Below are positions 9,501 to 18,453 of a stretch of DNA of 58,084 bases, in pieces. This DNA comes from a virus. Its lineage: Duplodnaviria; Heunggongvirae; Uroviricota; Caudoviricetes. How positions within the stretch are numbered: the stretch's first letter is position 1; every line of letters starts with the position of its first letter. The position numbers were made by a program, and so were the translations under genes. The stretch lies in IMG/VR virus record IMGVR_UViG_3300032116_000040, positions 1-58,084 of that record, one strand, 5' to 3'. The notes beneath the pieces are model-generated. The model was not told where the DNA came from. It did no database searches and saw only the letters and a program-made list of their open reading frames with translations.

Positions 9501-9725
9501 GTAACTTCCTGCTTTTTCTAGTTTTGGATCAATTTCTCCAAATACTGATCTTAGAGTTCTAACGTCATTAATCAACACCACCGTATTGAATGGACCTACT
9601 CTACTTGACCCTACGATCAAACGACCGGTCGTAAGAGGTAATACAACATTCTCACTTGCGTCGATTTCAACTGTATAAACACCACTAGATTTGTAATTGT
9701 TTAAGTTTATCCTTGGTTCAGCCAT
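6549..9725 (-). CDS. gp18: Contractile tail sheath protein (gp18-like), 1058 aa
   Basis: N-terminal SSGVYTVEID..G.S..GPFN; C-terminal SALN..HVRD.L..IE, FDFNDEITR, V.FDTSNNT.EVI..N..IIDI. Confidence 0.92.
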   Translation of the reverse strand: MAEPRINLNNYKSSGVYTVEIDASENVVLPLTTGRLIVGSSRVGPFNTVVLINDVRTLRSVFGEIDPKLEKAGSYFHRTIEVALREGPVFAMNVLPLDTEIAVPSSNLDQAAFTTFNSESAAGNDGANQYPIVEFFNRQRLWFADATKLNKSKNLALGDDYITTPGGFGITTSESNKILSFVNLGQYNMTVWVRKANVTGFDVTAKEWYASVGGGSVEFPTFVHPDDFISDYFVEVIVVNGDWSNYLKLSKDPIYKAYFDEVGLKTSNASNFFALREISVISRTIGCLIPDFRDQSGVTVSIDRLVNRAFPTTGLLCALDTEKLDLIDLTNDNFIDTDVYTHRVDIIGHGIDELAYYADNGGFDNIYVGGVDTFTTNGLGTGYTTATGVATTSAGGGSGLTVDITAVAGAITAITVNDAGSGYEIGDTITITGGTIPEVITVTAITYDNPIVDPTPLIDTLSYSRPIDRELLFEITSIETPVSFAAGAANGDTYVINTTTDFIVAMEGSKLYEAYTKGFLKTGDTSSDGINPTRYLKVIDNLVVSSLKYIKIEVYSNIGLTSQVNANYYNFSGTDYFKVTLADGDEFNHTFDLTDTAIFASYSISQPNVLILELDGAISVPNKALVNKYIKANNYIKANVADGRSRVLKIVSVLTPDPLTAPDTIKVTTMAPSVEEVIGLDVTGNTIQVYTGIPNFVTSLKGQKLAAFKLRNDVLPDGTADRLEGTGGILDYLFTETLIPQALSNGELVDFRYVVDSYSGTISSSSKYHLAKLAALNGQAMAILNAPSMQQFEKSVDPSFIDTTNKLVSTELISLGGNTALNPSFLYKFAEEDVKGVPLSSYSSYHFPNLIVRSGSKNISVPQAGYISNLYVRKFKNGTPFLIVAGGKRGALNDPEIVGLEYDLTDEDRDFLEPVGFNLTVKRRGFGIILFSNNTAYQRINSALNNAHVRDNLSTIERDLEKILFNFLFDFNDEITRLRVRTIVENYLNAVVNAKGISTYEVIFDTSNNTNEVISANAAIIDIRVDFPRGIQKFINRITITRVGGTLSSDSTGFIPSF

Positions 9726-9745
9726 CTCTGTATAGATATTTTTAA

Positions 9746-9754
9746 TTATTTATC
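9746..9754 (-). promoter_or_regulatory. Late promoter-like motif GATAAATAA
   Basis: 21 nt upstream of the sheath ATG. Confidence 0.65.
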
Positions 9755-9840
9755 TTAAATAGTATCAATAAATTTAAAAAAATCGAAAAATTAAGATCCT
9801 CAGCCGGTTTTATAGTATAATATATCAAAATACTATAAGA

Positions 9841-10308
9841 ATGGCAAACATCGATAATACTTGCTCCGATCTTAAGGTCGAGGACCTGTACTCACAAAGT
9901 GAAGATACTTTAGGAGACATTATGGCTCTCCAAAAAGACACTCAAAATCACGTATATGGATGGAACTTTGACGACATGTCCCTACGTGAAATTATGTCTT
10001 TTTGGCATGCCAACACCCACGCAATGATCGATGAAATACACGAAGCAACTGATGCATTAGGCGGAATTAAAGACGGTGGTGGGAACGCTATTTGGAAGTA
10101 TTGGAAAAAGGACTTTTCTAAGTATAATGATATGAAGTTTTCTGATCTTTCTGAGAGCGACCAACTTGAGGCAAAGTTTGAAATCATTGACATGCTACAC
10201 TTTTTTATGAATTATGCTATCTCAATCGGCATGACTCCACAAGAAATGTATAACATGTACATGTCAAAAAACGCAGAAAATCGTGACAGACAGAAAAGAG
10301 GATATTAA
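9841..10308 (+). CDS. gp56: dCTP/dUTP pyrophosphatase, T4 gp56-like (dimeric all-alpha)
   Basis: IDEIHE..DALG, WKYWK, DQLEAKFEIIDMLHF, KNAENRDRQKRGY match the recalled gp56 pattern. Confidence 0.85.
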   Translation: MANIDNTCSDLKVEDLYSQSEDTLGDIMALQKDTQNHVYGWNFDDMSLREIMSFWHANTHAMIDEIHEATDALGGIKDGGGNAIWKYWKKDFSKYNDMKFSDLSESDQLEAKFEIIDMLHFFMNYAISIGMTPQEMYNMYMSKNAENRDRQKRGY

Positions 10309-10325
10309 AAAAAAGTATAATAGCT

Positions 10326-10553
10326 ATGGAACCAATTCAAGGCGGAGGCCAACCTCAACTAAACATTAACCTTGCTGATGCGCCGTATATTGAATGCGAA
10401 GAGTGCGGAGGAAAGGTTTTTGAAGAAAAAATGATGATTAAAAAGATCTCAAAATTTTTAACTGGTAGTGACCATGATTCGATTACACCAATCCCTGTAA
10501 TCTCTTGTACAAAGTGTGGGCACGTAAATGAAATGTTTAAACCTAAACTGTAA
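10326..10553 (+). CDS. Zinc-ribbon protein
   Basis: CEEC ... CTKC. Confidence 0.7.
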   Translation: MEPIQGGGQPQLNINLADAPYIECEECGGKVFEEKMMIKKISKFLTGSDHDSITPIPVISCTKCGHVNEMFKPKL

Positions 10554-10560
10554 GTAAAAT

Positions 10561-11982
10561 ATGTTAATTGGAGCAGAAGTATTAAATGATAACGTCTTAA
10601 CCGTTTCATACTATAATGAGAACGGAAAGATCGAATTCATCAAAAAAAGATTAGCTGATCACGAAATGTACAATTGGATAGAATCTCAAACTCCCACTGC
10701 TACCAAGAATTGGAACGGCAAGTACGTAAAAAGAGGTCCGAGCCAAGGTCAGTATATGAATCAGTTTAGAGTCCAAGAATTAATTCTTGAAAAGTTAACA
10801 ACTGAGGAACTTGAAAAAGTATATAACTTTGATAACTTTCCCAAGAAAACATATCTCGATATTGAGATCAAGCTAATCGATGATTCTTTTCCAGAACCAG
10901 AAAAAGCCCGAATGCCAGTCGGTCTAATTTCATTTTGTAATGAAGATAATGTGACCTATATACTCTCTATTTTAAACTCTGATGATCAGCCAGACGGTCT
11001 AGCTGCAGAACAGATAGTTAAGATGGAAAAAGAGGTAAATGAGTATTTTAGAAAGACTGTTCCTAAAAAACCAGAAGATGCTCGCCTTTTTAATCAGGAT
11101 TTTAAGATTAAGTACAAGTTCTTTAAGAGTGAAGACGAGTTAATGGCTTTTTATTTTCATAAGATCATGCCACATTTCAATTTTGTTACTGGATGGAACG
11201 TGACCGAATTTGACTGGAAATATCTAATGAATCGAGGTAAAAACCTAAAGATCGATATGATGGAAAAAATGCCAACTCGATCGACCGTTTCTAAAGTAAA
11301 GATTCCAACTCACCTAGGCGTTCTTGATTACATGCAAGTATTTGAAAAAATGAAGCCGTATAAAGTGGTAGAAAACTACAAACTAGACTATATCGCAGAT
11401 CTAGTTTTAGGTACTGCTAAATTGCATCACGATTACTCCTCTTTTATGGAATTCCAAAAGGACGTGTACTTATTTACTATGTACAACGTAATCGACGTTA
11501 TCCTTGTAAAATTAATCGAAGATAAGCTTGCTCTACTAGATGTTGCCTTTGCTATGGCAAACGTCGCTCAAGTAGAAGTAAACAAAGTATTTAGTCCAGT
11601 GTATATCGCTGAGATCCTAATGTGCCGCGAATTCTTGAATAAGAACATGAAGATGATGAAGCTTCCTTGGGGAGAAGAAGTGATCGACGGTACCTATGCT
11701 GGAGCTTACGTAAAAGATCCCATTCCAGGTTATTATGGCGCAGTCGCGTGTTATGATTTCTCTTCAATGTATCCAAACATTCAAATTCAATTTAATATTT
11801 CACCCGATACTTATCTTGGAAAAACAGATAAGGTCAAAAAAGACGGCACTGAAATCCATACTAAAAATGATACTATGTTTTCAAGTAAGACTGACTCAGT
11901 TGCTAGAAAAATTCTTACTCGATTGTATGATGAACGTATCAAGACTCAAGGTGAGATTAAGCAGTTAAAAAACTCAAAATAA
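10561..11982 (+). CDS. gp43: Family B DNA polymerase, N-terminal subunit (exonuclease plus region II) of a split enzyme
   Basis: ExoI YLDIE, ExoII GWNVTEFDWKY, ExoIII YNVID, region II YDFSSMYP. Stops before KxxxNSxYG and YGDTDS. Confidence 0.85.
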   Translation: MLIGAEVLNDNVLTVSYYNENGKIEFIKKRLADHEMYNWIESQTPTATKNWNGKYVKRGPSQGQYMNQFRVQELILEKLTTEELEKVYNFDNFPKKTYLDIEIKLIDDSFPEPEKARMPVGLISFCNEDNVTYILSILNSDDQPDGLAAEQIVKMEKEVNEYFRKTVPKKPEDARLFNQDFKIKYKFFKSEDELMAFYFHKIMPHFNFVTGWNVTEFDWKYLMNRGKNLKIDMMEKMPTRSTVSKVKIPTHLGVLDYMQVFEKMKPYKVVENYKLDYIADLVLGTAKLHHDYSSFMEFQKDVYLFTMYNVIDVILVKLIEDKLALLDVAFAMANVAQVEVNKVFSPVYIAEILMCREFLNKNMKMMKLPWGEEVIDGTYAGAYVKDPIPGYYGAVACYDFSSMYPNIQIQFNISPDTYLGKTDKVKKDGTEIHTKNDTMFSSKTDSVARKILTRLYDERIKTQGEIKQLKNSK

Positions 11983-11991
11983 CCAAATAAT

Positions 11992-12324
11992 ATGAACACA
12001 GCACAAGATTTCGTAAATTGGCTAGAAGGATTTCTAGACGCATGTAAAAACTCACCGACTCCTCAACAAATTAAGGAAGTTAGAAAAAAGATTGCAGCAT
12101 TGCCTACAAGCAAAGATAGGTTCGTAATCAATCGCTCAACTGGTGAAATGTATAATCCGCTATGGAATAAATCAATTGATCCTATTCCAGCTGATCACTT
12201 TTCAACAATCACACTGGTTCAACCAGACTCAAATCTTCCAAATAATGGACCATTAGATGATGAATTTCTTAAAGCGATTGAGGAGAATAAAACTGCCTCA
12301 ACTATGGAAGAGCTTAATTCCTAA
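11992..12324 (+). CDS. Hypothetical protein
   Basis: 110 aa; MNTAQDFVNWLEGFLD start. Confidence 0.65.
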   Translation: MNTAQDFVNWLEGFLDACKNSPTPQQIKEVRKKIAALPTSKDRFVINRSTGEMYNPLWNKSIDPIPADHFSTITLVQPDSNLPNNGPLDDEFLKAIEENKTASTMEELNS

Positions 12325-12340
12325 AAAAAATAAAGATCAA

Positions 12341-12979
12341 ATGCACTTTGACGAAAATAAACTAATCTCCTTAATGGAGAATTTCTCTGGCGCAAAGTTC
12401 CAGTGGATTAAAACAAATCGGCCTGAATTACTTGGCAAACTAGTTACGTGTAGAAACATAGAACCCAGAGGAGATCGATTTTTTGCGCTATTCGATGATG
12501 GTTCAAGCGTAGACACTGCTCAGCTTAATACTAGCTTACTAATGATACATGGAGACATGCAACCTCTAAGTAAAGCAGAAGTAGAATCTATCGCTGGACC
12601 AAGAAGACCAACTCAACCCGTTAAACCTATTTCAACCGGTCCAATCGGAACTGGCCCAGCTCCAGTCGGAACTAATCACCAACATCAGCCTCAACCACAA
12701 CAGGTCGAGGCAACCAATATGTTTGAGATGTTTAATTCTGAGGAAAGAGCCATTGATCTTGAGATAAAAATTAATCTTCCTGAGCAAGATTTTTTAAAAA
12801 TGATGTACAGTAACGCAAAGGACAAAGAAAAGTTTCTTAGTGAGTTATCCGATTACGTTTTTAGAGCGATAAATAAAACAGTAGTTCAGTCTGCAATTTC
12901 ATCAATGGTTGTTCCACAATCGTCAGCAAGAAGCAAATCTGGACCTACTGTAAATATTACTGAGATCCATGAAGAATGA
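12341..12979 (+). CDS. Hypothetical protein with Pro/Gln-rich linker (start revised from 12257)
   Basis: ATG at 12341 follows the previous stop with an AT-rich leader and removes a 68-nt overlap. Confidence 0.6.
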   Translation: MHFDENKLISLMENFSGAKFQWIKTNRPELLGKLVTCRNIEPRGDRFFALFDDGSSVDTAQLNTSLLMIHGDMQPLSKAEVESIAGPRRPTQPVKPISTGPIGTGPAPVGTNHQHQPQPQQVEATNMFEMFNSEERAIDLEIKINLPEQDFLKMMYSNAKDKEKFLSELSDYVFRAINKTVVQSAISSMVVPQSSARSKSGPTVNITEIHEE

Positions 12980-13526
12980 TCATTTTGATTCAAAAGAAGA
13001 ATATTCAGACGATAAATTTAAAATCGTAACTTTTACCGGAGATAAGGGAAAGTTTAAGAGAATTTCATCATCAAAGGAGGCAATTTGTTTGCTTCCTTTT
13101 GATCTTAATGAAAACAATCAAATTAAAAATGTATACTTAACAAAGTATCACGACTACGTATTGAACGGAGAGGGCTGCAAGTGTATCACTGCTACTCTTG
13201 AACCTGATGAATTTAATACTTATCACGAATCATTATGTAACTGTATTGATCTTGAGTTGGGCATAGGTGATGTTGAAGTCGACGATATTTTTTATTTAGG
13301 TCAAATTCAACATACTATTCCATTTACTAAAACCTACAAGTGTTACGCTATAAATTTAACCAAGCATAGCGAAGACCCTACCGGATTTACACCAAAAATA
13401 AATGATCAGGAGACCAAGCTGCATTCAATTGATAAAATCAGATTTAGTAGAATAATGAGAGGAGAAGTATTAGATACATTAGCTTTATCGTGCTCTCTTT
13501 TATTGCTTTCTTACATCTCAGATTAG
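12969..13526 (+). CDS. NUDIX-fold protein with degenerate Nudix box
   Basis: AICLLPFD..., then TLEPDE...CNCIDLELGI where GX5EX7REUXEEXGU is expected. Confidence 0.5.
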   Translation: MKNDHFDSKEEYSDDKFKIVTFTGDKGKFKRISSSKEAICLLPFDLNENNQIKNVYLTKYHDYVLNGEGCKCITATLEPDEFNTYHESLCNCIDLELGIGDVEVDDIFYLGQIQHTIPFTKTYKCYAINLTKHSEDPTGFTPKINDQETKLHSIDKIRFSRIMRGEVLDTLALSCSLLLLSYISD

Positions 13527-13552
13527 AACTTTTACCCTTTTTCTAGTAAAAT
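13526..13552 (+). promoter_or_regulatory. Class-2 promoter motif upstream of uvsX
   Basis: GAACTTTT-N11-AGTAAAAT. Confidence 0.5.
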
Positions 13553-13570
13553 ATATTAAAACAATTAATT

Positions 13571-14773
13571 ATGGCAAAGTCAACTAATGACGCAATCAAT
13601 GCTTTTAATAAGTTCAACGACCTTCTAGAAAAGAAAGTAAAATCCAAAGTCACCTTAATGGGATTCTCTGACATTGATGATTATATTCCTACTGGAAATT
13701 ATCTATTAAATGCTCAGATCTCAGGATCAGTGTTTGGAGGGTATCCTAATACTCGAAGTATCGGTATTGCTGGAGATTCTGGTGCTGGAAAAACCTTTCT
13801 TTGTTTAAACGCAGTTAGAGAACTTCAAAAGAAAGACTATTTTGTTTTCTATATCGATACTGAGGGAGCAATTGATCGATCTGATTATACAAAGTTCGGA
13901 GTAGATCTAGAAAAGTTGAAATATCTTCGTATGGGTTTAATCAGCGATGTGAAGTTTTTTATCAACGATTTTATCGAAACAATGAGAGAAAATCCAGGCT
14001 TAAAAGCTGCGATCTTTGTGGATTCAGTCGGAATGCTTGATACCGATAAAAGTAAAAGAGACATGGATGCTGGTAAAAATGCATCAGACATGGGACTTCG
14101 TTCAAAGGAAATGAGGTCACTATTCAAATCCTTTACTCTTGAGCTATCTAACCTAAAGGTGCCATTTATCTTTACTAATCACACATACGCTTCGATGGAT
14201 CAGTATACTCCTAAAGGAATGTCTGGTGGAGGTGGTCCTGAATTTTCAGCATCGATAATCCTAATGTTAAGTAAAGGCACTCTTCGGGATGAGGCTAAGA
14301 CCACAACCGGAATCATAGTTCGGTCTAAGACTAGAAAGAACAGATTAGCTAAACCTATCGATATTGAATTCCACATTTCATTCCATAAAGGAATGAACCA
14401 ATACGTTGGACTTGAACAGTTCGTTAGTTGGGAAAACTGTGGAGTTGGTCGAGGAAATAAATTGACTGAAAAAGAGTTTTCAAAGCTAAAAGCCGACGAA
14501 CAGTCTACATGTTCAGAGTTTGAGGTAGACGGCGAAAAATTCTATTTTTTACCCAAGAAACTTGGAAAGAACTATGTTATTCGACATAATGGTGATCTTG
14601 TACCAATTAAAGAATTTTTCTCAGCTCGATTGTTTACACAAGAAGTATTAATGGAGCTTGATGAGAAGATAATCAAGCCAACTTTTAAATTTCCAGAAAC
14701 GCAAGATGAAATCGACCTATTAGAGACAAGCGAACTTAATGATCTAAATGATGACGATGACTCTACGTTCTGA
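13571..14773 (+). CDS. uvsX: RecA/UvsX recombinase
   Basis: Walker A GDSGAGKT, YIDTEGA, Walker B IFVDSVG, DMGLR, FTNHTY, GGGG...ASII. Confidence 0.93.
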   Translation: MAKSTNDAINAFNKFNDLLEKKVKSKVTLMGFSDIDDYIPTGNYLLNAQISGSVFGGYPNTRSIGIAGDSGAGKTFLCLNAVRELQKKDYFVFYIDTEGAIDRSDYTKFGVDLEKLKYLRMGLISDVKFFINDFIETMRENPGLKAAIFVDSVGMLDTDKSKRDMDAGKNASDMGLRSKEMRSLFKSFTLELSNLKVPFIFTNHTYASMDQYTPKGMSGGGGPEFSASIILMLSKGTLRDEAKTTTGIIVRSKTRKNRLAKPIDIEFHISFHKGMNQYVGLEQFVSWENCGVGRGNKLTEKEFSKLKADEQSTCSEFEVDGEKFYFLPKKLGKNYVIRHNGDLVPIKEFFSARLFTQEVLMELDEKIIKPTFKFPETQDEIDLLETSELNDLNDDDDSTF

Positions 14774-15086
14774 TTTACCAATAAAGTATTACCTAAACCT
14801 ACATACAGAGGAGGGATTGAACGATGAGTTCACCCTCCTTTTTGAAATATTGCAATACTTAATAAAGGTATCTGCATCCAAAGAAAAATCATCTTCCTCT
14901 AATCTTAAGTTTTCATCGAAGTCCTTAAAATACGTCTTCGGTGATAGGATTAAAGATGAAACCTTCAAGATAAACTTAGTTAAATCATTAAAGACGATGA
15001 TTCATGACGAATACCTTAAGGCTGAGGGTGATTTTATCTATTTTACAAAAAAAGGACTAACTTATTTCTATTTAACGAATGATTGA
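14748..15086 (+). CDS. Hypothetical protein, possible winged helix
   Basis: 112 aa; ends YLKAEGDFIYFTKKG; start uncertain (several ATGs). Confidence 0.55.
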   Translation: MMTMTLRSDLPIKYYLNLHTEEGLNDEFTLLFEILQYLIKVSASKEKSSSSNLKFSSKSLKYVFGDRIKDETFKINLVKSLKTMIHDEYLKAEGDFIYFTKKGLTYFYLTND

Positions 15087-16563
15087 TTTTACAGAAAATA
15101 TTGACTCACTTGAAAAGATGGTATGGAATTTTATTTTAAATTCTGAAAATGACATAAACGATCTAAGACCAACTAATCATGATTCGTTAAGAAGGGAAGA
15201 ATTAATCGTAATGATGAAGCCTAGCTATTTTAATGAGGACGATCGGCAAGAATCGTTTAAAACGGCCGTTAAATTCTTTAAAGAATACGAAAAGATCCCA
15301 AATAAAAAAGAACTTAGAAGCTACTTAGAAGTAACCCATGTAAATTTAAGCGAGGAAGAATTCAATGAACTCTACTCTTTTAACTTAGCAGAGTACAACT
15401 ATGATTATCTTTATAAATACGTTAGGTCATTTATCCTACTAAGAAACTTGAACTTAACTGTTTTTGATTTACTCACGTATTTAAAAACTACCCCAATTGA
15501 TCCTGGAAATATCGATAATATTTCAGAAAAAATAAGAAATGATATCAGCACAAAACTTGCTCTAAATTTTTCAAGTGCGGATACTGGCCTTAATTTTTTT
15601 AATCCGGAGTCCCACATTCAAATTTCAAAATCTGGCTGTCCGACCGGTTTTCCATTCTTAGATAAGGTACTCGGTGGAGGCTGGAATTCAAAATCTCTTG
15701 TTGTTTTTCAAGGTAGACCTAAAGTCGGTAAATCGATGGTTCTAGGAAACATTGCAGCGCGATCATTTTTAGCAGGAAATGTGACTGGGCTAGTAACAGT
15801 TGAGCTTGCCGATCGCCAATACATGAAAAGAATAGGCTCAAATATCCTAGGCATAAAGTCAGAAGATTATGCAAGCATTAACGATTCTTCAGCTGCTCAA
15901 TTAATTCAAAGAAAGGTTGAAGATCTTAAAGATAGCGGTCGAGCGATTGGAGAATTAATACTTAAGGAGTTTCCTACTGGTGGAGCTACTGCAATTGATA
16001 TCGAAAACTATTTTCTTAGGTTAGAGCAAAAGATGAATAAAAAATTCAAAGTAATCGTCGTTGATTACTTAAATCTTTTAAAACCAATAAATGCAAGTCA
16101 GGCAGGCCTTTATGAAAAAGTCAAATCTATTTCAGAAGAACTTAGGGGAGTTGCTATGCGAAATGAATGGTGCATAATAAGTGCCACTCAAATTCGTAGA
16201 GAAGACATTGATAATTTTGACTTGGGAATGGATTCAGTAGCAGAGTCATTTGGTTTAATTCACACAGTTGACTCTCTGTTTGGACTAATGCGAAGCCCTC
16301 TTGAAAGCAGAATGAAAATAAAGTCTATTGCAAATAGGGATAACGGATACGAAGAAAGCTATAAGTTTTATACTATGAATAAGGACTTTTTTAGGTTAAC
16401 TGAAGAGGTTGGACCAAATAGCGAGTTTTATAGTGACGATGAAGAGATCACTCGAATGGCAGATGAATTAAGATCAGAGTATTCTGATATAAATACTTCT
16501 CCGGTTTCTAACACCACTACTTTAGTGGATGACGATTATGATAAGCTCTTCAATGCTATATAA
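15079..16563 (+). CDS. gp41: Replicative DnaB-like helicase (gp41-like)
   Basis: Walker A GRPKVGKS, IVVDYLNLL, SEELRGVA, SATQIRR, AESFG...D. Confidence 0.92.
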   Translation: MIDFTENIDSLEKMVWNFILNSENDINDLRPTNHDSLRREELIVMMKPSYFNEDDRQESFKTAVKFFKEYEKIPNKKELRSYLEVTHVNLSEEEFNELYSFNLAEYNYDYLYKYVRSFILLRNLNLTVFDLLTYLKTTPIDPGNIDNISEKIRNDISTKLALNFSSADTGLNFFNPESHIQISKSGCPTGFPFLDKVLGGGWNSKSLVVFQGRPKVGKSMVLGNIAARSFLAGNVTGLVTVELADRQYMKRIGSNILGIKSEDYASINDSSAAQLIQRKVEDLKDSGRAIGELILKEFPTGGATAIDIENYFLRLEQKMNKKFKVIVVDYLNLLKPINASQAGLYEKVKSISEELRGVAMRNEWCIISATQIRREDIDNFDLGMDSVAESFGLIHTVDSLFGLMRSPLESRMKIKSIANRDNGYEESYKFYTMNKDFFRLTEEVGPNSEFYSDDEEITRMADELRSEYSDINTSPVSNTTTLVDDDYDKLFNAI

Positions 16564-16577
16564 AATAATAATTATGG

Positions 16578-17120
16578 ATGGAAGAAAATGAATTTACTGA
16601 AGATCAAGGTGGAGATCAATTAAGAGAAGATAAAATATTTAATAATAGTTATTATAACGGCGACAAGTTAAGAGATTCAGACGAATATGAATTCTCTAAA
16701 AAAATATCAGTATCGGCCGACTATTCAGATAACTACCTAAAGGACCTTTATGATTACGAAGAACAGTTAGAATCAAAGTTCATATTGGATGTAATATTTG
16801 AATTTTTACAAAAGGACGAGGTTCTCAAAAAATACGTGAGTACCATAACTGAGGATCGTTCTGTAGCTAAAATAAAATTTTCAAAGGAAGACATTAATCT
16901 TATTTTTAGTAGGGTCCATGAGAACCTAGATCCAGCAAGTCACGGAATCAGTTTCTATAGTCCCATCTATATACTTGAAGCAATTTCCTCAATCTCTTCA
17001 ATGGAATATAAAAAAATATTCGATTCGCTAGAAACCGACATTCAGGAAATTTTAATACTTGAACTAAATAAAAAATATAAATTCCTAGAGGGAAAAATGC
17101 ATAAAAAAAGAATACACTAA
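16578..17120 (+). CDS. Hypothetical protein
   Basis: 180 aa ORF in the replication operon. Confidence 0.65.
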   Translation: MEENEFTEDQGGDQLREDKIFNNSYYNGDKLRDSDEYEFSKKISVSADYSDNYLKDLYDYEEQLESKFILDVIFEFLQKDEVLKKYVSTITEDRSVAKIKFSKEDINLIFSRVHENLDPASHGISFYSPIYILEAISSISSMEYKKIFDSLETDIQEILILELNKKYKFLEGKMHKKRIH

Positions 17121-17347
17121 TGGTTTGGATTAAATTAACTCACATTGGAGGCTCAGTATTTCTTAATCTTGAGCAAGTTTATAGATATGAAGCGACTTCA
17201 TCTACTGAAATTACTTTCTATGATGCAAATTCTATCTTACCTACTTCATATACCTTTGCCTCGGCGACCCTATTGAAAGAATTCATGGCTAAACTTGCGA
17301 GCCTTTCTAAAGTAATAGATATTGATCAGCTCGCTACGCAAGGATGA
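17120..17347 (+). CDS. Hypothetical protein
   Basis: 75 aa, translationally coupled (TAATG) to the previous gene. Confidence 0.6.
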   Translation: MVWIKLTHIGGSVFLNLEQVYRYEATSSTEITFYDANSILPTSYTFASATLLKEFMAKLASLSKVIDIDQLATQG

Positions 17348-18453
17348 AATTAGAAAACGTTAAAAAAATATTTGTTCTGGGTGATATGCACCTAGGCGTT
17401 CGTAATAATTCCATTGAATGGTCTGAAATCCAATTTAATTTTCTAGTTAATCATTTTCTAAATAAAATTGAAGAGGAGGGCTTTGACCCAAACACAGACA
17501 TTTTAGTACAGGTCGGGGACTGGAATCATGTTAGAGAATCGACAAACGTTCGAATCCATAAGCTATCTTTACTGATAGCTGACGAGTTTACTAGAAAGTT
17601 TAAAAGAGGAGTTTTCGTGATCTTGGGTAACCATGACGTATATTATAAAGACCGAACTGACACTCACTCACTAGAAGGCTTTGATAAGATTCACCCTAAC
17701 TTTCACGTCTATACTGAGCCAGAAATTTTAACGATTAACTCTCATAAATTTCTAATGCTTCCATGGATAGAAAATTTAAACGAACTAAAATCGCAAGTTC
17801 AAAGAAATAAGGCGGCAAACTACGTATTTTGTCATGCTGACTTTAAAGGTTTTAATTTTAACAAAGTTCAAAAACTAGAACATGGACTAGAACAAGAAGA
17901 CATTAATTCCTTTAAACGTGTTTATTCTGGACACATTCACATTCGACAAGAAAAAGGTAATGTTCTCTATGTTGGAACTCCGTACGAGATGGATAGAGGC
18001 GATCGTGGAAATCAAAAAGGATTCTATGTGCTTGATGTTAGCGGCAAAGAGGTGACTGAAAAGTTTGTTCCAAATGAGGTTTCTCCAAGACATCTTCGAT
18101 TCGATGTGATGCAGTTGTTGGACCTAACTTCCGACCAAATCAAAAAAGAGTTTGTAAATAACTTTGTAGATATTATGATCGAATCGGAATTTTCAAAAAA
18201 GTTTCCTCTTTCACAATTTACGGAATTAATAAAGAGTTACGGTCACCGTCGCATTGAATTTGCATCCTATTCAAAGGATCAGCTAAAAAACAAGAGTGAG
18301 ATCGAAATAGATTCAACATATGAGTATAACATTTTTACTCTATTAGATGAACGACTTAAAATAATGAACTTGCCAGTCGATCAATCGACTCAAATAATTG
18401 ATAAATTTAAAGAGATTTACGATTCGTTACGTAACGCAAAACAATACGATTAA
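17344..18453 (+). CDS. gp47: Mre11/SbcD-like nuclease (gp47)
   Basis: GDMHLG, GDW, GNHD, CH, SGHIH, YVGTPY. Confidence 0.92.
   Translation: MKLENVKKIFVLGDMHLGVRNNSIEWSEIQFNFLVNHFLNKIEEEGFDPNTDILVQVGDWNHVRESTNVRIHKLSLLIADEFTRKFKRGVFVILGNHDVYYKDRTDTHSLEGFDKIHPNFHVYTEPEILTINSHKFLMLPWIENLNELKSQVQRNKAANYVFCHADFKGFNFNKVQKLEHGLEQEDINSFKRVYSGHIHIRQEKGNVLYVGTPYEMDRGDRGNQKGFYVLDVSGKEVTEKFVPNEVSPRHLRFDVMQLLDLTSDQIKKEFVNNFVDIMIESEFSKKFPLSQFTELIKSYGHRRIEFASYSKDQLKNKSEIEIDSTYEYNIFTLLDERLKIMNLPVDQSTQIIDKFKEIYDSLRNAKQYD

Noticed and set aside
11900-12330. Split intein or intron at the polymerase break
   Set aside because: No Cys/Ser-initiated intein block, no terminal His-Asn and no intron-sized noncoding gap.
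12257-12340. Overlap and A8 run suggesting a programmed frameshift between 11992..12324 and the next ORF
   Set aside because: A clean ATG at 12341 explains both genes; no downstream stimulatory structure was seen.
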